Source of the DNA: an uncultured delta proteobacterium
GTDB lineage: Bacteria > Myxococcota > Myxococcia > Myxococcales > Anaeromyxobacteraceae
Direction of reading: 5' to 3'
DNA length: 64,000 nt
Assembly (NCBI GenBank): GCA_963814585.1
Contig: CAWFDF010000008.1
Span: forward strand, 512,001-576,000
Shown one piece after another: positions 20,866 through 31,100 of the stretch (positions within the stretch are counted from its first letter, which is position 1; the number at the start of each line of letters is the position of its first letter). The notes beneath the pieces were generated by a model, which saw only the letters and a program-made list of their open reading frames with translations, was not told the origin of the DNA and ran no database searches. The translations under genes and the position numbers were made by a program.

Positions 20866-21831
20866 ATGCCCCTGGATATCCGCCAGCTTCGCCACGTCGC
20901 CGCCATCGGCCGCCACCGGAGCTTCGCCCGGGCCGCCGCATCGCTCGGGATCAGCCAGCCGGCGCTCAGCAAGAGCCTCGCCGCCATCGAGCGCGCCCTG
21001 GAGGTGCGGCTCTTCGAGCGGAACCAGAAGGGGGTGACGCCGACGGCCTTCGGCGAGGTGATCCTGGCCCGGGCCGGCCCGCTCTTCCGCGGCGTGGACG
21101 AGGTGCTGGCCGAGGTGCGTCGCCTGCGCGGGCTCGAGACCGGTTCGGTGGTGGTCGGGACCGGCCCCTTCCCGTTCGAGCTCTCGGTGTCGGACGCGGC
21201 GGTCGCCGTGGTGAAGAGCCACCCCCGGCTCCTGGTGCGGCTGATCCAGGGAGACTGGGAGTCACTGGCCCACGAGGTGCTCTCCGGCGCGCTCGACCTG
21301 GCGGTCGCCGAGGTGTCCGCCGCGGAGCAGGAGCCTCGCCTCTCGGTCGAGCCGCTCGGCGCCCACGGCGGGGTCTTCTACTGCCGGAGCGGCCACCCGC
21401 TCCTGTCACTTCCGGCGCGGGACTTCGACGACCTCGCCGGCTTTCCCTTCACCATCAACCCGCTCCCGGGTCGGGTGGCCCCATTCTTCGAGCGGATCAC
21501 CTCGGCCGGAAGGATCGACCCGGTCACCGGCCACTTCCTCCCGTCCATCACGCTCGACTCGGTGGCGCTGATGCGGCGGATGGTGCGACAGACCGACGCG
21601 GTGAGCTGGGCGCCGACCATCCTGATCGCCACCGAGCTGCGGGCCGGCACGCTGGCGGCGCTGCCGTTCAACCCGCCGTGGGCTCGGCTCAACTACGGAA
21701 TCATCCGCCGGGCCGACCGCCCGTTGACGCCTGCCGTCGAGGCGTTCCTCGCCGAGCTCAGGGCGGCCGAGGCGAGGCTGCCGCCCGTGGTGGAGCCGCC
21801 GCGACCGCGCCGCCGGGCTCAGCGCGGGTAG
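20866..21831 (+). CDS. LysR family transcriptional regulator
   Basis: HTH SFARAAASLGISQPALSKSLAAIERALEVRLFER...PTAFG. Confidence 0.95.
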   Translation: MPLDIRQLRHVAAIGRHRSFARAAASLGISQPALSKSLAAIERALEVRLFERNQKGVTPTAFGEVILARAGPLFRGVDEVLAEVRRLRGLETGSVVVGTGPFPFELSVSDAAVAVVKSHPRLLVRLIQGDWESLAHEVLSGALDLAVAEVSAAEQEPRLSVEPLGAHGGVFYCRSGHPLLSLPARDFDDLAGFPFTINPLPGRVAPFFERITSAGRIDPVTGHFLPSITLDSVALMRRMVRQTDAVSWAPTILIATELRAGTLAALPFNPPWARLNYGIIRRADRPLTPAVEAFLAELRAAEARLPPVVEPPRPRRRAQRG

Positions 21832-22122
21832 ACGGCCTTCCAGTCCTCCCTACATGCTCACCACCATCCAGCCCTTCGCCCTGGCCTCGTCGAGCCCCTG
21901 GTCGAGGCGGCCGACGGGCGAGGTGCGGTCGTAGGCCGCCTCGCGCGCGGCGTCGTCATGGTGGACGTAGAGGCAGAGGCTCGGCCCCGGGCCTGCCGCG
22001 GTCGACTGCAGCATCCGCAGGTCGCCGTTGGAGTTGCCGAAGGCGGCGATGGGGCGGCGGCCGATCGCCCGCTGGACCCCGACCGGGCAGCCCGCCTTGT
22101 CGTCGACGAAGTCGACCTCGGG
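21824..22122 (-). pseudogene. Direct repeat copy 2: isolated 3' fragment of the HAD hydrolase gene
   Basis: LPEVDFVDDK...PIAAFGNSNGDLRML...GWMVVSM*; catalytic D replaced by N; small insertion gives a premature stop; no 5' part. Confidence 0.85.
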
Positions 22123-22159
22123 GAGCTGCACCACCACGAGGGCGCCCCCGCCGCCTCCT

Positions 22160-24727
22160 TCACTTCCCGTCGCTGCGCTTGACCACGCCCGCGCAGCGCT
22201 GCGTCCAGTAGAAGCGGTCCGCGTCCACGGCGACGAGGTTGGGCTGGTCCGAGGCGCAGGCCCCCTCGAAGAGGTCGAGCCCCGCGGCGCGGAGCCTGGC
22301 CTCCTGGGTGCCCAGGTCCACCTGCCCGAGGTGGTACGGATCCGCCCAGTAGAGGCTGGCCCCGTCGAGCGCCAGCGACACCGGCGCTCCGGCGAGCCCG
22401 GCGGCGAGCAGGGTGCGCGCCCCGCCCGTCGCCGCCACACGGTAGATCTCCCCGGAGCCCTGCACCGCGTAGTAGGCGGCGTCCGCGTCGGCCACCAGCG
22501 CCGAGATGGCCGGGAGGTCCGACGCCACGGTGACGACGCTGCCGCCCGTCACCGGGATGCGGCGAAGGACGTGCTTCCCGTATTCGACGGCGTGCGGCGT
22601 CACCCAGGTGACCACGCCCGCCGCCACCACGACCTCGGAGCCCCCGGGCTGCCCGGGCACGCCGCCGGCGAAGAGCACCACGGGCGCGCCGCCGGCCACC
22701 GGCGTGCGCAGCAGCGTGCCGTCGGACACCAGGGTCACGAGGTGGATCCCGTCGGTGGCCAGCGCGGCGACGCCGCTGGAGGCCGACACCACGCTCTCCG
22801 GAGCTCCACCGGAGATCGGCGCACGCTTCACCCGCCAGCCGTCGGCCAGGAAGACGCTCGTGCCGTCCGAGGCGACGCGCGGCGTGGCCGTGAAGAGCGC
22901 CCCGATCACCGTGGTGGCGATCCCTCCGGAGAGCGGCACGCGACCGACCCGGCCGAGGCCGCCGATCTGGCCATAGGCGCCGCCCTCGATCCAGGTCACG
23001 GCCGCCGCCGCGGCGTCGATCCGGACCCCCTCCGGGAAGTCGAGGAGGTCTGCCAGGGTGGTGGCCGCGCCGACGGAGAGCGGCGCGGCGCGGACCCGGC
23101 CGTTGGCGGTGATGGCGCAGCACTCGGTCTCGGCCCAGGCGACCTGGCCCGGGCCGACGGCGAGGCTGACGCCCTGCGGGATGCCGGAGACGAGCGTGGA
23201 CACCGCTCCGCCCGCCACCGGCGCGGCGCGGATGGCGTGGAGGTCGATCCAGGAGGCGGCGCCGCCCCCTGCCACGATCTGCCTGGCGTAGTCCGAGCCC
23301 TCGACGCCGCTCGTCTCGAAGAGCACGGTGACGGTCCCGCCCGCCACGGGCACCGAGAGGATCCGGTACCCGCCGAAGTTGGTGTCCGAGTAGACGACGC
23401 GCCCGGCGTCCACGGCGACGCCGCCCCGGGTCATCCAGTTCCCCGGGACGGAGCCAGGGGGGAGCGTGGGCGGGGGCTCGTTCCTCCAGCCGTCCACCAG
23501 GATCGCCACCTCGCCCCCCGCCTTGGGCACCGCGCGGACGCCGCTGTCGGCAGGCTGGCGCCCGTCCCCCGTGAGGGGCCCCATTCCCTCCTGGACCCAG
23601 TAGAGGTGGGAGGCGTCGGCGGCGATGCCTCTGACCTCCGTCCCCGTGGTCGCCAGCGTCACGGGGGGGCCGCCCGAGAGCGGCACCTTGACGATCGCCC
23701 GCGAGCAGTACGGGCCGCAGAGGTTCTTCACCCAGTAGGCCGAGTCGGCATCCACCACCAGGTCGCCCATGCCGCCGATGCTGTTCTCCAGCGGCCCCTC
23801 GTCGAGCACGGTGGTGGCCGTCCCGTCGAGCCCGCTCCGGAGGAGCTGGGTCCCGGAGATCCAGTAGAGGTGGTTCCCGGCCTGGAGCGCGCTCTTTGGC
23901 ATGTGGTGCCGCTCGACCACCACGGTGGGCGGACCCCCGGCGGCCGGCACCGACTTCACCGGCGCGTCGCTGGCGTCGGTCCACAGGAGCCTTCCGGCGG
24001 TGGCGATGAGCTGGGCGGCGCCAGGGGCCGAGGCGACCAGGGTGCCGACGGTCACGTCGAACGGGACCCCGTCGAAGCCGAGGAGCAGGACGCCCGACTC
24101 CGGCGCGGCGCCCGGGAACGGGTGGAGCGTGGCGCCGCCCACCACCATGACCCGCGTTCCCTCGGTGAGCGAGCCGGCCGGGATCTCGAGCGAGGTGACG
24201 CTCCCGGCCACCTGCCGGGTCTCCCCGGCGCCGGGCCAGAGCAGGTTGCCCTGGAGGTCGGCGACGCTCACGAAGTACCCCTCCCCTGGCGGCGGGACGG
24301 CCGCGCTCCAGGTCACCGTGTTGGATCCGAGGCCCGACCAGGTCGCGCCGCTCGTGGGCGCGGTGATGGTGGCGTAGCTCGACGGCTGCTGCACCGTGAC
24401 CGAGACGTCCCTCCCGGCACCGGTGACCGAGACGGTGACCGGCACGCCTGGCCGGACGTCCACCGGCCCTCCGTAGGTCATGCTCTCCGCCGCGTACGGC
24501 AGGACCACCCCGTTCACCCGCACCGTGGCCGTGGTGATCACCGCGGTGCCGGCGGCATCGGCCACGATGATCTCGGCGGCGCCCTCGAGGCCCGGGGACC
24601 CGAGCCCCGGCGCCACGCCGATGACCGTGGCGAGGACGAGCGGCGCGGGGCCCTCGTCCTTGCTCCCGCACCCCGCGAGGACCGCGACCAAGGCCAGGCA
24701 GCACGCCGAGCGACCGAGACGGGCCAT
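22160..24727 (-). CDS. Lipoprotein with repeated beta-propeller blades
   Basis: Lipobox LAGC; repeats of (I/L)AxDxxxxYW...I..VP.xGG; AGGGGAGG Shine-Dalgarno. Confidence 0.75.
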   Translation of the reverse strand: MARLGRSACCLALVAVLAGCGSKDEGPAPLVLATVIGVAPGLGSPGLEGAAEIIVADAAGTAVITTATVRVNGVVLPYAAESMTYGGPVDVRPGVPVTVSVTGAGRDVSVTVQQPSSYATITAPTSGATWSGLGSNTVTWSAAVPPPGEGYFVSVADLQGNLLWPGAGETRQVAGSVTSLEIPAGSLTEGTRVMVVGGATLHPFPGAAPESGVLLLGFDGVPFDVTVGTLVASAPGAAQLIATAGRLLWTDASDAPVKSVPAAGGPPTVVVERHHMPKSALQAGNHLYWISGTQLLRSGLDGTATTVLDEGPLENSIGGMGDLVVDADSAYWVKNLCGPYCSRAIVKVPLSGGPPVTLATTGTEVRGIAADASHLYWVQEGMGPLTGDGRQPADSGVRAVPKAGGEVAILVDGWRNEPPPTLPPGSVPGNWMTRGGVAVDAGRVVYSDTNFGGYRILSVPVAGGTVTVLFETSGVEGSDYARQIVAGGGAASWIDLHAIRAAPVAGGAVSTLVSGIPQGVSLAVGPGQVAWAETECCAITANGRVRAAPLSVGAATTLADLLDFPEGVRIDAAAAAVTWIEGGAYGQIGGLGRVGRVPLSGGIATTVIGALFTATPRVASDGTSVFLADGWRVKRAPISGGAPESVVSASSGVAALATDGIHLVTLVSDGTLLRTPVAGGAPVVLFAGGVPGQPGGSEVVVAAGVVTWVTPHAVEYGKHVLRRIPVTGGSVVTVASDLPAISALVADADAAYYAVQGSGEIYRVAATGGARTLLAAGLAGAPVSLALDGASLYWADPYHLGQVDLGTQEARLRAAGLDLFEGACASDQPNLVAVDADRFYWTQRCAGVVKRSDGK

Positions 24728-24973
24728 GACGACCTCCCCCTTGATGCACCCCCGGTCGAGCGCGCCGACCAGTGACGCACCCCAAGGCTAGCCCCTGCCG
24801 GGCGCTGCGGATACCCCTCGCCCCGTCGAGGTCCGCCCTCGCAGGGGCATGACCCCTGGTGTATCCCGTCGCGGCGCCATCGCGGCGCCGTCTGCGTCAG
24901 GGCGCCACATCTCGACACCGTGCCGCCGGGCCAGACGTGCCCGCCCCGCAGGGCGATTCCTCCGCCCCGCTCC

Positions 24974-26188
24974 CTAGAACGGGTGCACGAACAGCCCGCT
25001 CCGCAGCTTCGGCTCGAACCAGGTGCTCTTGGGCGGCATGATCAGCCCGGCGTCGGAGACGTTCATCACCTGCTCGACGCGCGTCGGGAAGAGGTGGAGG
25101 GCCAGCGCCCAGCCCTCCCCATCCACGCGCCGCTCCAGCTCCTCGTGGCCGCGGATGCCGCCGACGAAGTCGACGTCCCTGGAGGTGCGTGGGTCCTTGA
25201 TGCCGAAGAGCGGCTCGAGGATCTGGTCCTGGGCCAGCGAGCAGTCGAGGCTGGCCACCGGGTCCTCGGCCGGGAAGGTCCCGGGGCGGACGTGGGCGTG
25301 GTACCAGCGCTTCCCCAGGTAGATGCCGAAGGCCTGCGGGTGGTCGGGCACCGGCGAGGCGGCCGGCTCGAGGTCGAGGACCTCCTGCAGCGCCTCCAGC
25401 AGCGCCTTCGTCGAGCGCCGCTGCGGATCGCGCACCAGCCTGTTGTAGGCCAGGATCTGCATCTGGTCGTGGGGGAACACCACCGCCAGGAACTGGGCGT
25501 GATCCCCCGGCTGCCCCTTCCGCCTCGCGTGCACCCGCGACGCCGCGGCGGAGCGGTGATGGCCGTCCGCCACGTAGAGGGCCGGCACGGCGGCGAAGAG
25601 CGCCTCCAGCCTCGCGGCCGCGGCGTCCGGCACCAGCCAGAGCTGGTGGGCCACCGCATCCTGCGTCACCAGGTCGTACTCCGGCGCGGCCCGCTGCACC
25701 TCCGCCACCAGGGCGTCGATGGCCGGCACCGCCCGGTAGGTGAGGAAGACCGGCTCGTCGTGGGCCGCCATGGCGTCGACGTGGCGGACCCGGTCCTCCT
25801 CCTTGTCGGCGCGCGTCTTCTCGTGCTTCTTGATGAGCCCGCGATCGTACTCGTCGACGCTGGCGCAGGCCACCAGCCCGACCTGCCGGTGCCGCCCCAT
25901 GCGCTGGGCGTAGACGAAGTAGCGCGGCGCCGCCTCGGCCACCAGCACGCCGCGCCGGGTCAGCTCGTCGAGGTTCCTCTTTCCCTGGGCGTAGACCTCG
26001 TCGGCGTGCTCGTCGGTCCCGTCCGGCAGGTCGATCTCGGGGCGCGAGACCCGCAGGTAGCTGTCTCGGTTGCCGGCCGCCAGGGCACGGGCCTCGGCCG
26101 TGGAGACGACGTCGTACGGGGGAGAGGCCACCCTCGCGGCCAGCGCGGCCGGCGGACGGAGGGCGCGGAACGGTCGGAGGATGGACAT
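24974..26188 (-). CDS. DUF1015 family protein
   Basis: RPFRALRP, PPYDV, IKKHEKTRADKE, YVADGHHR, MPPKSTWFEPKLRSGL. Confidence 0.92.
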   Translation of the reverse strand: MSILRPFRALRPPAALAARVASPPYDVVSTAEARALAAGNRDSYLRVSRPEIDLPDGTDEHADEVYAQGKRNLDELTRRGVLVAEAAPRYFVYAQRMGRHRQVGLVACASVDEYDRGLIKKHEKTRADKEEDRVRHVDAMAAHDEPVFLTYRAVPAIDALVAEVQRAAPEYDLVTQDAVAHQLWLVPDAAAARLEALFAAVPALYVADGHHRSAAASRVHARRKGQPGDHAQFLAVVFPHDQMQILAYNRLVRDPQRRSTKALLEALQEVLDLEPAASPVPDHPQAFGIYLGKRWYHAHVRPGTFPAEDPVASLDCSLAQDQILEPLFGIKDPRTSRDVDFVGGIRGHEELERRVDGEGWALALHLFPTRVEQVMNVSDAGLIMPPKSTWFEPKLRSGLFVHPF

Positions 26189-26203
26189 GTCGGGGCCTGG
26201 CGC

Positions 26204-26425
26204 TCAGCCCCAGAGCTTGTCGTCGCGCCCCTTGAGCACCGCGCCGCAGATGGCGCAGATCTTGGTGCTACCGCCGGCGGCGGCGTGCCGGCCATCGGGG
26301 TAGGTGTGCTCGCACCCGGCCAGCGTCTTCTCCACCTCGGCCCGGAACTCGGCCAGCGCCCCTTCCAGCCGCTTGATCACGTCTCGCAGCACGTCCTGAC
26401 GGGCAACACGTTCGGCCTGGGTCAT
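26204..26425 (-). CDS. Small hypothetical protein, possible Zn-binding (C-x-H...C-x2-C)
   Basis: GGAGG Shine-Dalgarno; coiled N-terminus, CEH and CAICG; co-oriented with DUF1015. Confidence 0.6.
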   Translation of the reverse strand: MTQAERVARQDVLRDVIKRLEGALAEFRAEVEKTLAGCEHTYPDGRHAAAGGSTKICAICGAVLKGRDDKLWG

Positions 26426-26659
26426 GCGACCTCCGAGGTCCATCGTTGAAATGGGGGGCGATGATACACCGCAGCCGCCGCCGGTGTCCCGCCCCCTCGC
26501 GCACGCGCCGGCGCTGGAGTCCCCGACCGAGGCGAGGCGGGCCTGGCCGGTCGCCGGGCCGGCTCATTCCTGTTGACCGCCCTGCCCGTTGGAGCAGACT
26601 CGTACCGCCTGGGAGTGCGCCAATCGCGCACTCCCTCAACGTCCAGCGAGGTCGACCGC

Positions 26660-27928
26660 ATGCTTGCCAGTCCGTCCCTCCGTGTTGCCGTGATCGCGAG
26701 CGCCCTCGGGTTGGCGGCCTGCGGCACGTCCCGGGACACTCCACCCCCGGCCGCCGACACCAGCTGCACCGGCTGCCACGGCGACCCGTCGCGCTCCGGC
26801 ACCTCGGTCGAGCAGGCCGCGCCGCCCAGGGACGCCCACGGCCAGTCGGACGCCACGCTGGTGACGGTGGGCGCCCACCAGGCCCACCTGTCGAACGGAG
26901 TCGCCTGCGCCACCTGCCATGTGGTCCCGCCGGCGGGCGACCTGAGCCACTTCGGCCAGCCCTACGCCACGGTCACCTTCTCCGGCAACATCGTGGGCGC
27001 CCAGGGCGCCACGGTGGCGCCGTGGAACCGCGACCTGCCGACCTGCGCGAACTACTGCCACGGTGACTTCACCAACGGGAACAGGGCCACCCCGAGCTGG
27101 ATCGCCGCCGCCGCCATGACCTGCAACTCCTGCCACGGCGCCGGCGCCGGCGCGGTGGCGACGCCGCCGGGCGGGACGCACCCCCAGGGCAAGCCCGACT
27201 GCTCGGGGTGCCACACCGGCTACACGACCACCTCGGTCAACCTGGCGAGCCACCTCAACGGCCAGTTCGACGTCGTCACGCTGACCTGCACCTCCTGCCA
27301 CGGCGACGCCACCCGGCCGGGTACGGCGCTCGTGCAGGCAGCCCCGCCCGTGGACTCGCAGGGGCACTCCGGCACCAACGAGCTGAGGGTCGGGGCCCAC
27401 CAGGCCCACCTCGGAAACGGCGTCGACTGCACCACCTGCCACGAGATCCCGCCGGCCGGTGACACCGCCCACAGCCTCGAGCCGTACGCCACGGTCACCT
27501 TCACGGGCAACCTGGTGGGAGCCAACGGCACGCCGGTGGCGCCGTGGAATCGCGACCTGGGAACCTGCACCAACTACTGCCACGGCGCCTCCCTGCCCGC
27601 GACCGCACGGCCCGCGCCGCACTGGACCAGCTCCACGCCGCTCGGCTGCGGCGGCTGCCACGCTGACCAGCAGTCCTTCGCGACCTCCAGCGGCCTCCAC
27701 TGGTTCCACCTGACGTCCATCTCGCCGACCTTCGACTGCGTCGCCTGCCACGGAGCCGGCTACACCGGCACCGCCGTCACCGCACCGGCGACCGCCACGC
27801 ACCGCGATACGCTGGTGAAGACGCAGCCCGTCGTGGGCTGGCAGGACCCCCGCTGCGTCGCCGACGGTCCGCGCGCCTGCTTTGCGAGCTGCCACACCGT
27901 CGTGGTGGCGTGCAAGGTCTGGCCCTGA
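26660..27928 (+). CDS. Multiheme c-type cytochrome lipoprotein (8 CxxCH plus 3 CxxxCH), Geobacter-like CxxxxCH/CxxCH family
   Basis: Lipobox LAAC; two tandem modules with VGAHQAH and CxNYCH. Confidence 0.9.
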   Translation: MLASPSLRVAVIASALGLAACGTSRDTPPPAADTSCTGCHGDPSRSGTSVEQAAPPRDAHGQSDATLVTVGAHQAHLSNGVACATCHVVPPAGDLSHFGQPYATVTFSGNIVGAQGATVAPWNRDLPTCANYCHGDFTNGNRATPSWIAAAAMTCNSCHGAGAGAVATPPGGTHPQGKPDCSGCHTGYTTTSVNLASHLNGQFDVVTLTCTSCHGDATRPGTALVQAAPPVDSQGHSGTNELRVGAHQAHLGNGVDCTTCHEIPPAGDTAHSLEPYATVTFTGNLVGANGTPVAPWNRDLGTCTNYCHGASLPATARPAPHWTSSTPLGCGGCHADQQSFATSSGLHWFHLTSISPTFDCVACHGAGYTGTAVTAPATATHRDTLVKTQPVVGWQDPRCVADGPRACFASCHTVVVACKVWP

Positions 27929-28026
27929 GCGCGACGACCGGGTCCCGGTCTCGACAGGCGCACGGCGGTCGACACGCATCGGCCAGGGCCCGCTGGCAAG
28001 CAGATCGTGTCGGCCGGGCCCGGCCC

Positions 28027-28040
28027 TTGACCGCGGTCAA
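28027..28040. promoter_or_regulatory. FNR/CRP-family-like operator TTGAC-N4-GTCAA
   Basis: Perfect 14-bp palindrome TTGACCGCGGTCAA about 95 bp upstream of the large cytochrome ATG. Confidence 0.6.
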
Positions 28041-28135
28041 TCCCACCGGGCCAGGGAACCGGCATCCTTGGACGTCCGCCAGCCCGCCCCGTGGCTCCAT
28101 GATCGGGACGGGCCGCTCTCGCCGAGGTCATCCGC

Positions 28136-31100
28136 ATGCGCTCCCGTCGACTCCTGGCCTCCGCCGCGCTCGCCTCCCTCGCCTCACTCGCCATCCTCTC
28201 CGGCTGCGACAAGGCGCGGCCGCTGCCGGCCCCGGCCGACCCGAGTCGCGGCTGCACGAGCTGCCACGGCGGCCAGGACAACTCGACGGGCGCGCCGCCC
28301 TGGAGCCTTCCCCGGAACGCGGCCGGCGACATCGTGTCCGGCGGCAACCAGGTCGATGGCGCCGCCGCCACCACGCACGTCGAGGTGGGCGCCCACTCCC
28401 GCCACGTCTCGCGCGGCGTCTCCTGCGGCGCCTGCCACGTGGTCCCGACCCAGATCTCCTCGCCCGGCCACAACACCGGCAAGCGGGCCACGGTCACGTT
28501 CAAGGAGCTGGCCGCGGCCGGCAACGTGATCCCGTCGGCCTGGAACGCCGATCCCGGCGCCGCCAGCCACACCTGCAGCAACTACTGCCACGGCTCGCCG
28601 CCCTTCTCGGCCGGGGGCAGCAACCACGCACCCGACTGGCTGCGCCCGGCCGACGGGGCCTGCGGCACCTGCCACGGCCAGGGGACCTCGGGCAACCCGC
28701 TGCCACCTGCCGGCGCCGGCCACCCGCAGGTGGACGGCGCGGGCCAGCCCATTCCCATCACCGGCTGCATCGCCTGCCACCCCGGCACCGTCAACGCCGA
28801 CGGGACCATCAACGTGGCCGGCGGCAAGCACGTCAACGGCGTGCTCGACGGCGGCAGCGGCCACCCGGCCGGCTGGGCCGACCCTGCCAGCCACGGCCCG
28901 GCCGCCACCGCGGGCCTGCAGAACTGCGCCGCCTGCCACGGCGCCGACTTCAGCGGCGGCACCTCCGGCGTCAGCTGCAACGCCTGCCACGCCACCGCCG
29001 GCCACCCCAGCTGGCAGACCGAGTGCACCTTCTGCCATGGCGATCCCGCCCGGACCGCCGACGCCGCCTTCCCCGAGGTCGGCACCGGCGCCGTGGTCCG
29101 CGCCAACCTGGCCTCCCCGCCGGTCGGCAGCCAGGGCGAGAACGCCATCTCTGCCTACGCCGTCGGCGCCCACCAGGCCCACGTCAGCCCCACCCGCTAC
29201 GCCGACGCCATGCCGTGCGCCGAGTGCCACGGCCCGGCGCTGCCGGCCGACACCGCGCACGTCGGCGGGCAGGTCCTGCTGGGCTGGGGCCCCGTCGCCG
29301 CGGCCCATGGCACGCCGCTGGCCCCCCCGGCCGGCGAGACCAACCGCTGGAACGACGCCACGCTCCCGGCCAACGGCGCCAACTGCACCAACTACTGCCA
29401 CGGCGCCACCCTGGGCGGTGGCACCAGGCCCAGCCCGAAGTGGAACGAGGGACCCTCCGGCGCCTCGTGCGGCAGCTGCCACGCGCTCCCGCCGGCGGCC
29501 AGCGCCGGGCACGTCCAGCGCGGCGACTGCGCCACCTGCCACCCCGGCTACCCGTCCAGCCCGGTGGCGGCCTCCACCATCACCGGCGCGGCGCTCGCCA
29601 CCCATGTCGACGGCACGGCGCAGGTCGTCCCCCTCTCCTGCACCACCTGCCATGGCGGCGCCAACCCGGCTCCCCCGGTCGACACGACCGGCGCCAGCAC
29701 CGGCGTCAAGGTGGGCGCCCACCAGCGGCACCTCGCCACCACGCTCAGCGCCGCCGCGATCACCTGCGACGAGTGCCACCCGACCGTCAGCTCGACGGGT
29801 CACGCCGACGGCGCGGTCAACGTCTCGTGGAACCTCGGCGCCACCGTCTGGGCGGGCGCCACCTTCCCGGCGGTGACGCCGGCGGCTGGTCCGTTGCCGG
29901 CCGGGTGGGAGGCCACGCCCACCTGCACCAACTACTGCCACGGCGGCTTCACCAACGGGAGGGCGGCCACCGTGGACTGGACCTCGACCATCGCCATGAC
30001 GTGCAACTCCTGCCATGGCGCCGGCACCGGCGCGGCGGCGACCCTTCCTGGCGGGACGCATCCCCAGGGCAACTCCACCTGCTCGGCCTGCCACACCGGC
30101 TACACCGCCACGACGGTCAACGGCGCCGCGCACCTCAACGGGCAGTACGACGTGAGCGCCTCCTCGTGCACCGCCTGCCACGGCGCCAAGGGGGCCTACA
30201 CACCCATCCCCGGCGCCGACGGGCTGGCCCCCGTGGCCCCGCCCACGGCGGCCGATGGCACCAACACGCTCATCCGGGTGGGCGCGCACCAGGCCCACGT
30301 GAACCAGGCCACCTACCGGGCCAGCCCGCTCGCCTGCAGCGCCTGCCACCCCATCCCCAACACGCACGGCGGCACGCGCGACGCGGCCTGGAGCGCGCTG
30401 GCCACCAACACCATCGTCAACGGCACGCCGGTGACCATGGCCCCGACCCCGGCCGCCGCGACCGGCTACACCACCACCTGGGAGGCGACGCCGACCTGCA
30501 CCAACGCCTGCCACGGCGGGAACATCCCGTCCAACGCGTCCCGGCCGGCGCCGAGCTGGACGGCCGCGGGCGGCCTGGCCTGCACCTCCTGCCACGGGGC
30601 GCCGCCGCCGCTCTCGGCCACCGCCAACCAGAGCCATCCCCAGAACACCGCCTGCGACGACTGCCATGGCGCCGGCTACGGCGCGGCCGCGGTGAACAGG
30701 CCGACCCACATCGACGGGACGCTCGACCGGATCACGAGCGGCTGCACCGCCTGCCACGGCGACCGGGCCGACCCGGCGGTGACGCTCACCACCAGCACCT
30801 TCAAGGCCGCCCCGGGCGCCACCAGCGCCCCCACCAGCACCGACACCACCGGCGCCGGCGCCACCACCGACCCCGGCGTCGGCGCCCACCGGGCCCACCT
30901 GGTCGGCTCGGGAGGGACGCCGCGCTGGCGCTCCGCCGCCATCGCCTGCACCGAGTGTCACGCGCTGCCGGCCATCGACTCCGACACCACCCACGCCACC
31001 GGCGTGGGCACGGGCGGCGCGCTCGCGAGCCTGAGCTGGGGCCCGCTGGCGACCGACTCCGAGTTCGAGACCAAGACGCCCGGCTACGCGCAGCCGACCT

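Noticed and set aside
26450..28135. GEMM-I (c-di-GMP/cGAMP) riboswitch upstream of the multiheme cytochromes
   Set aside because: The conserved core (GxAAAC...GGGxCGxAAAGC) was not seen in either leader
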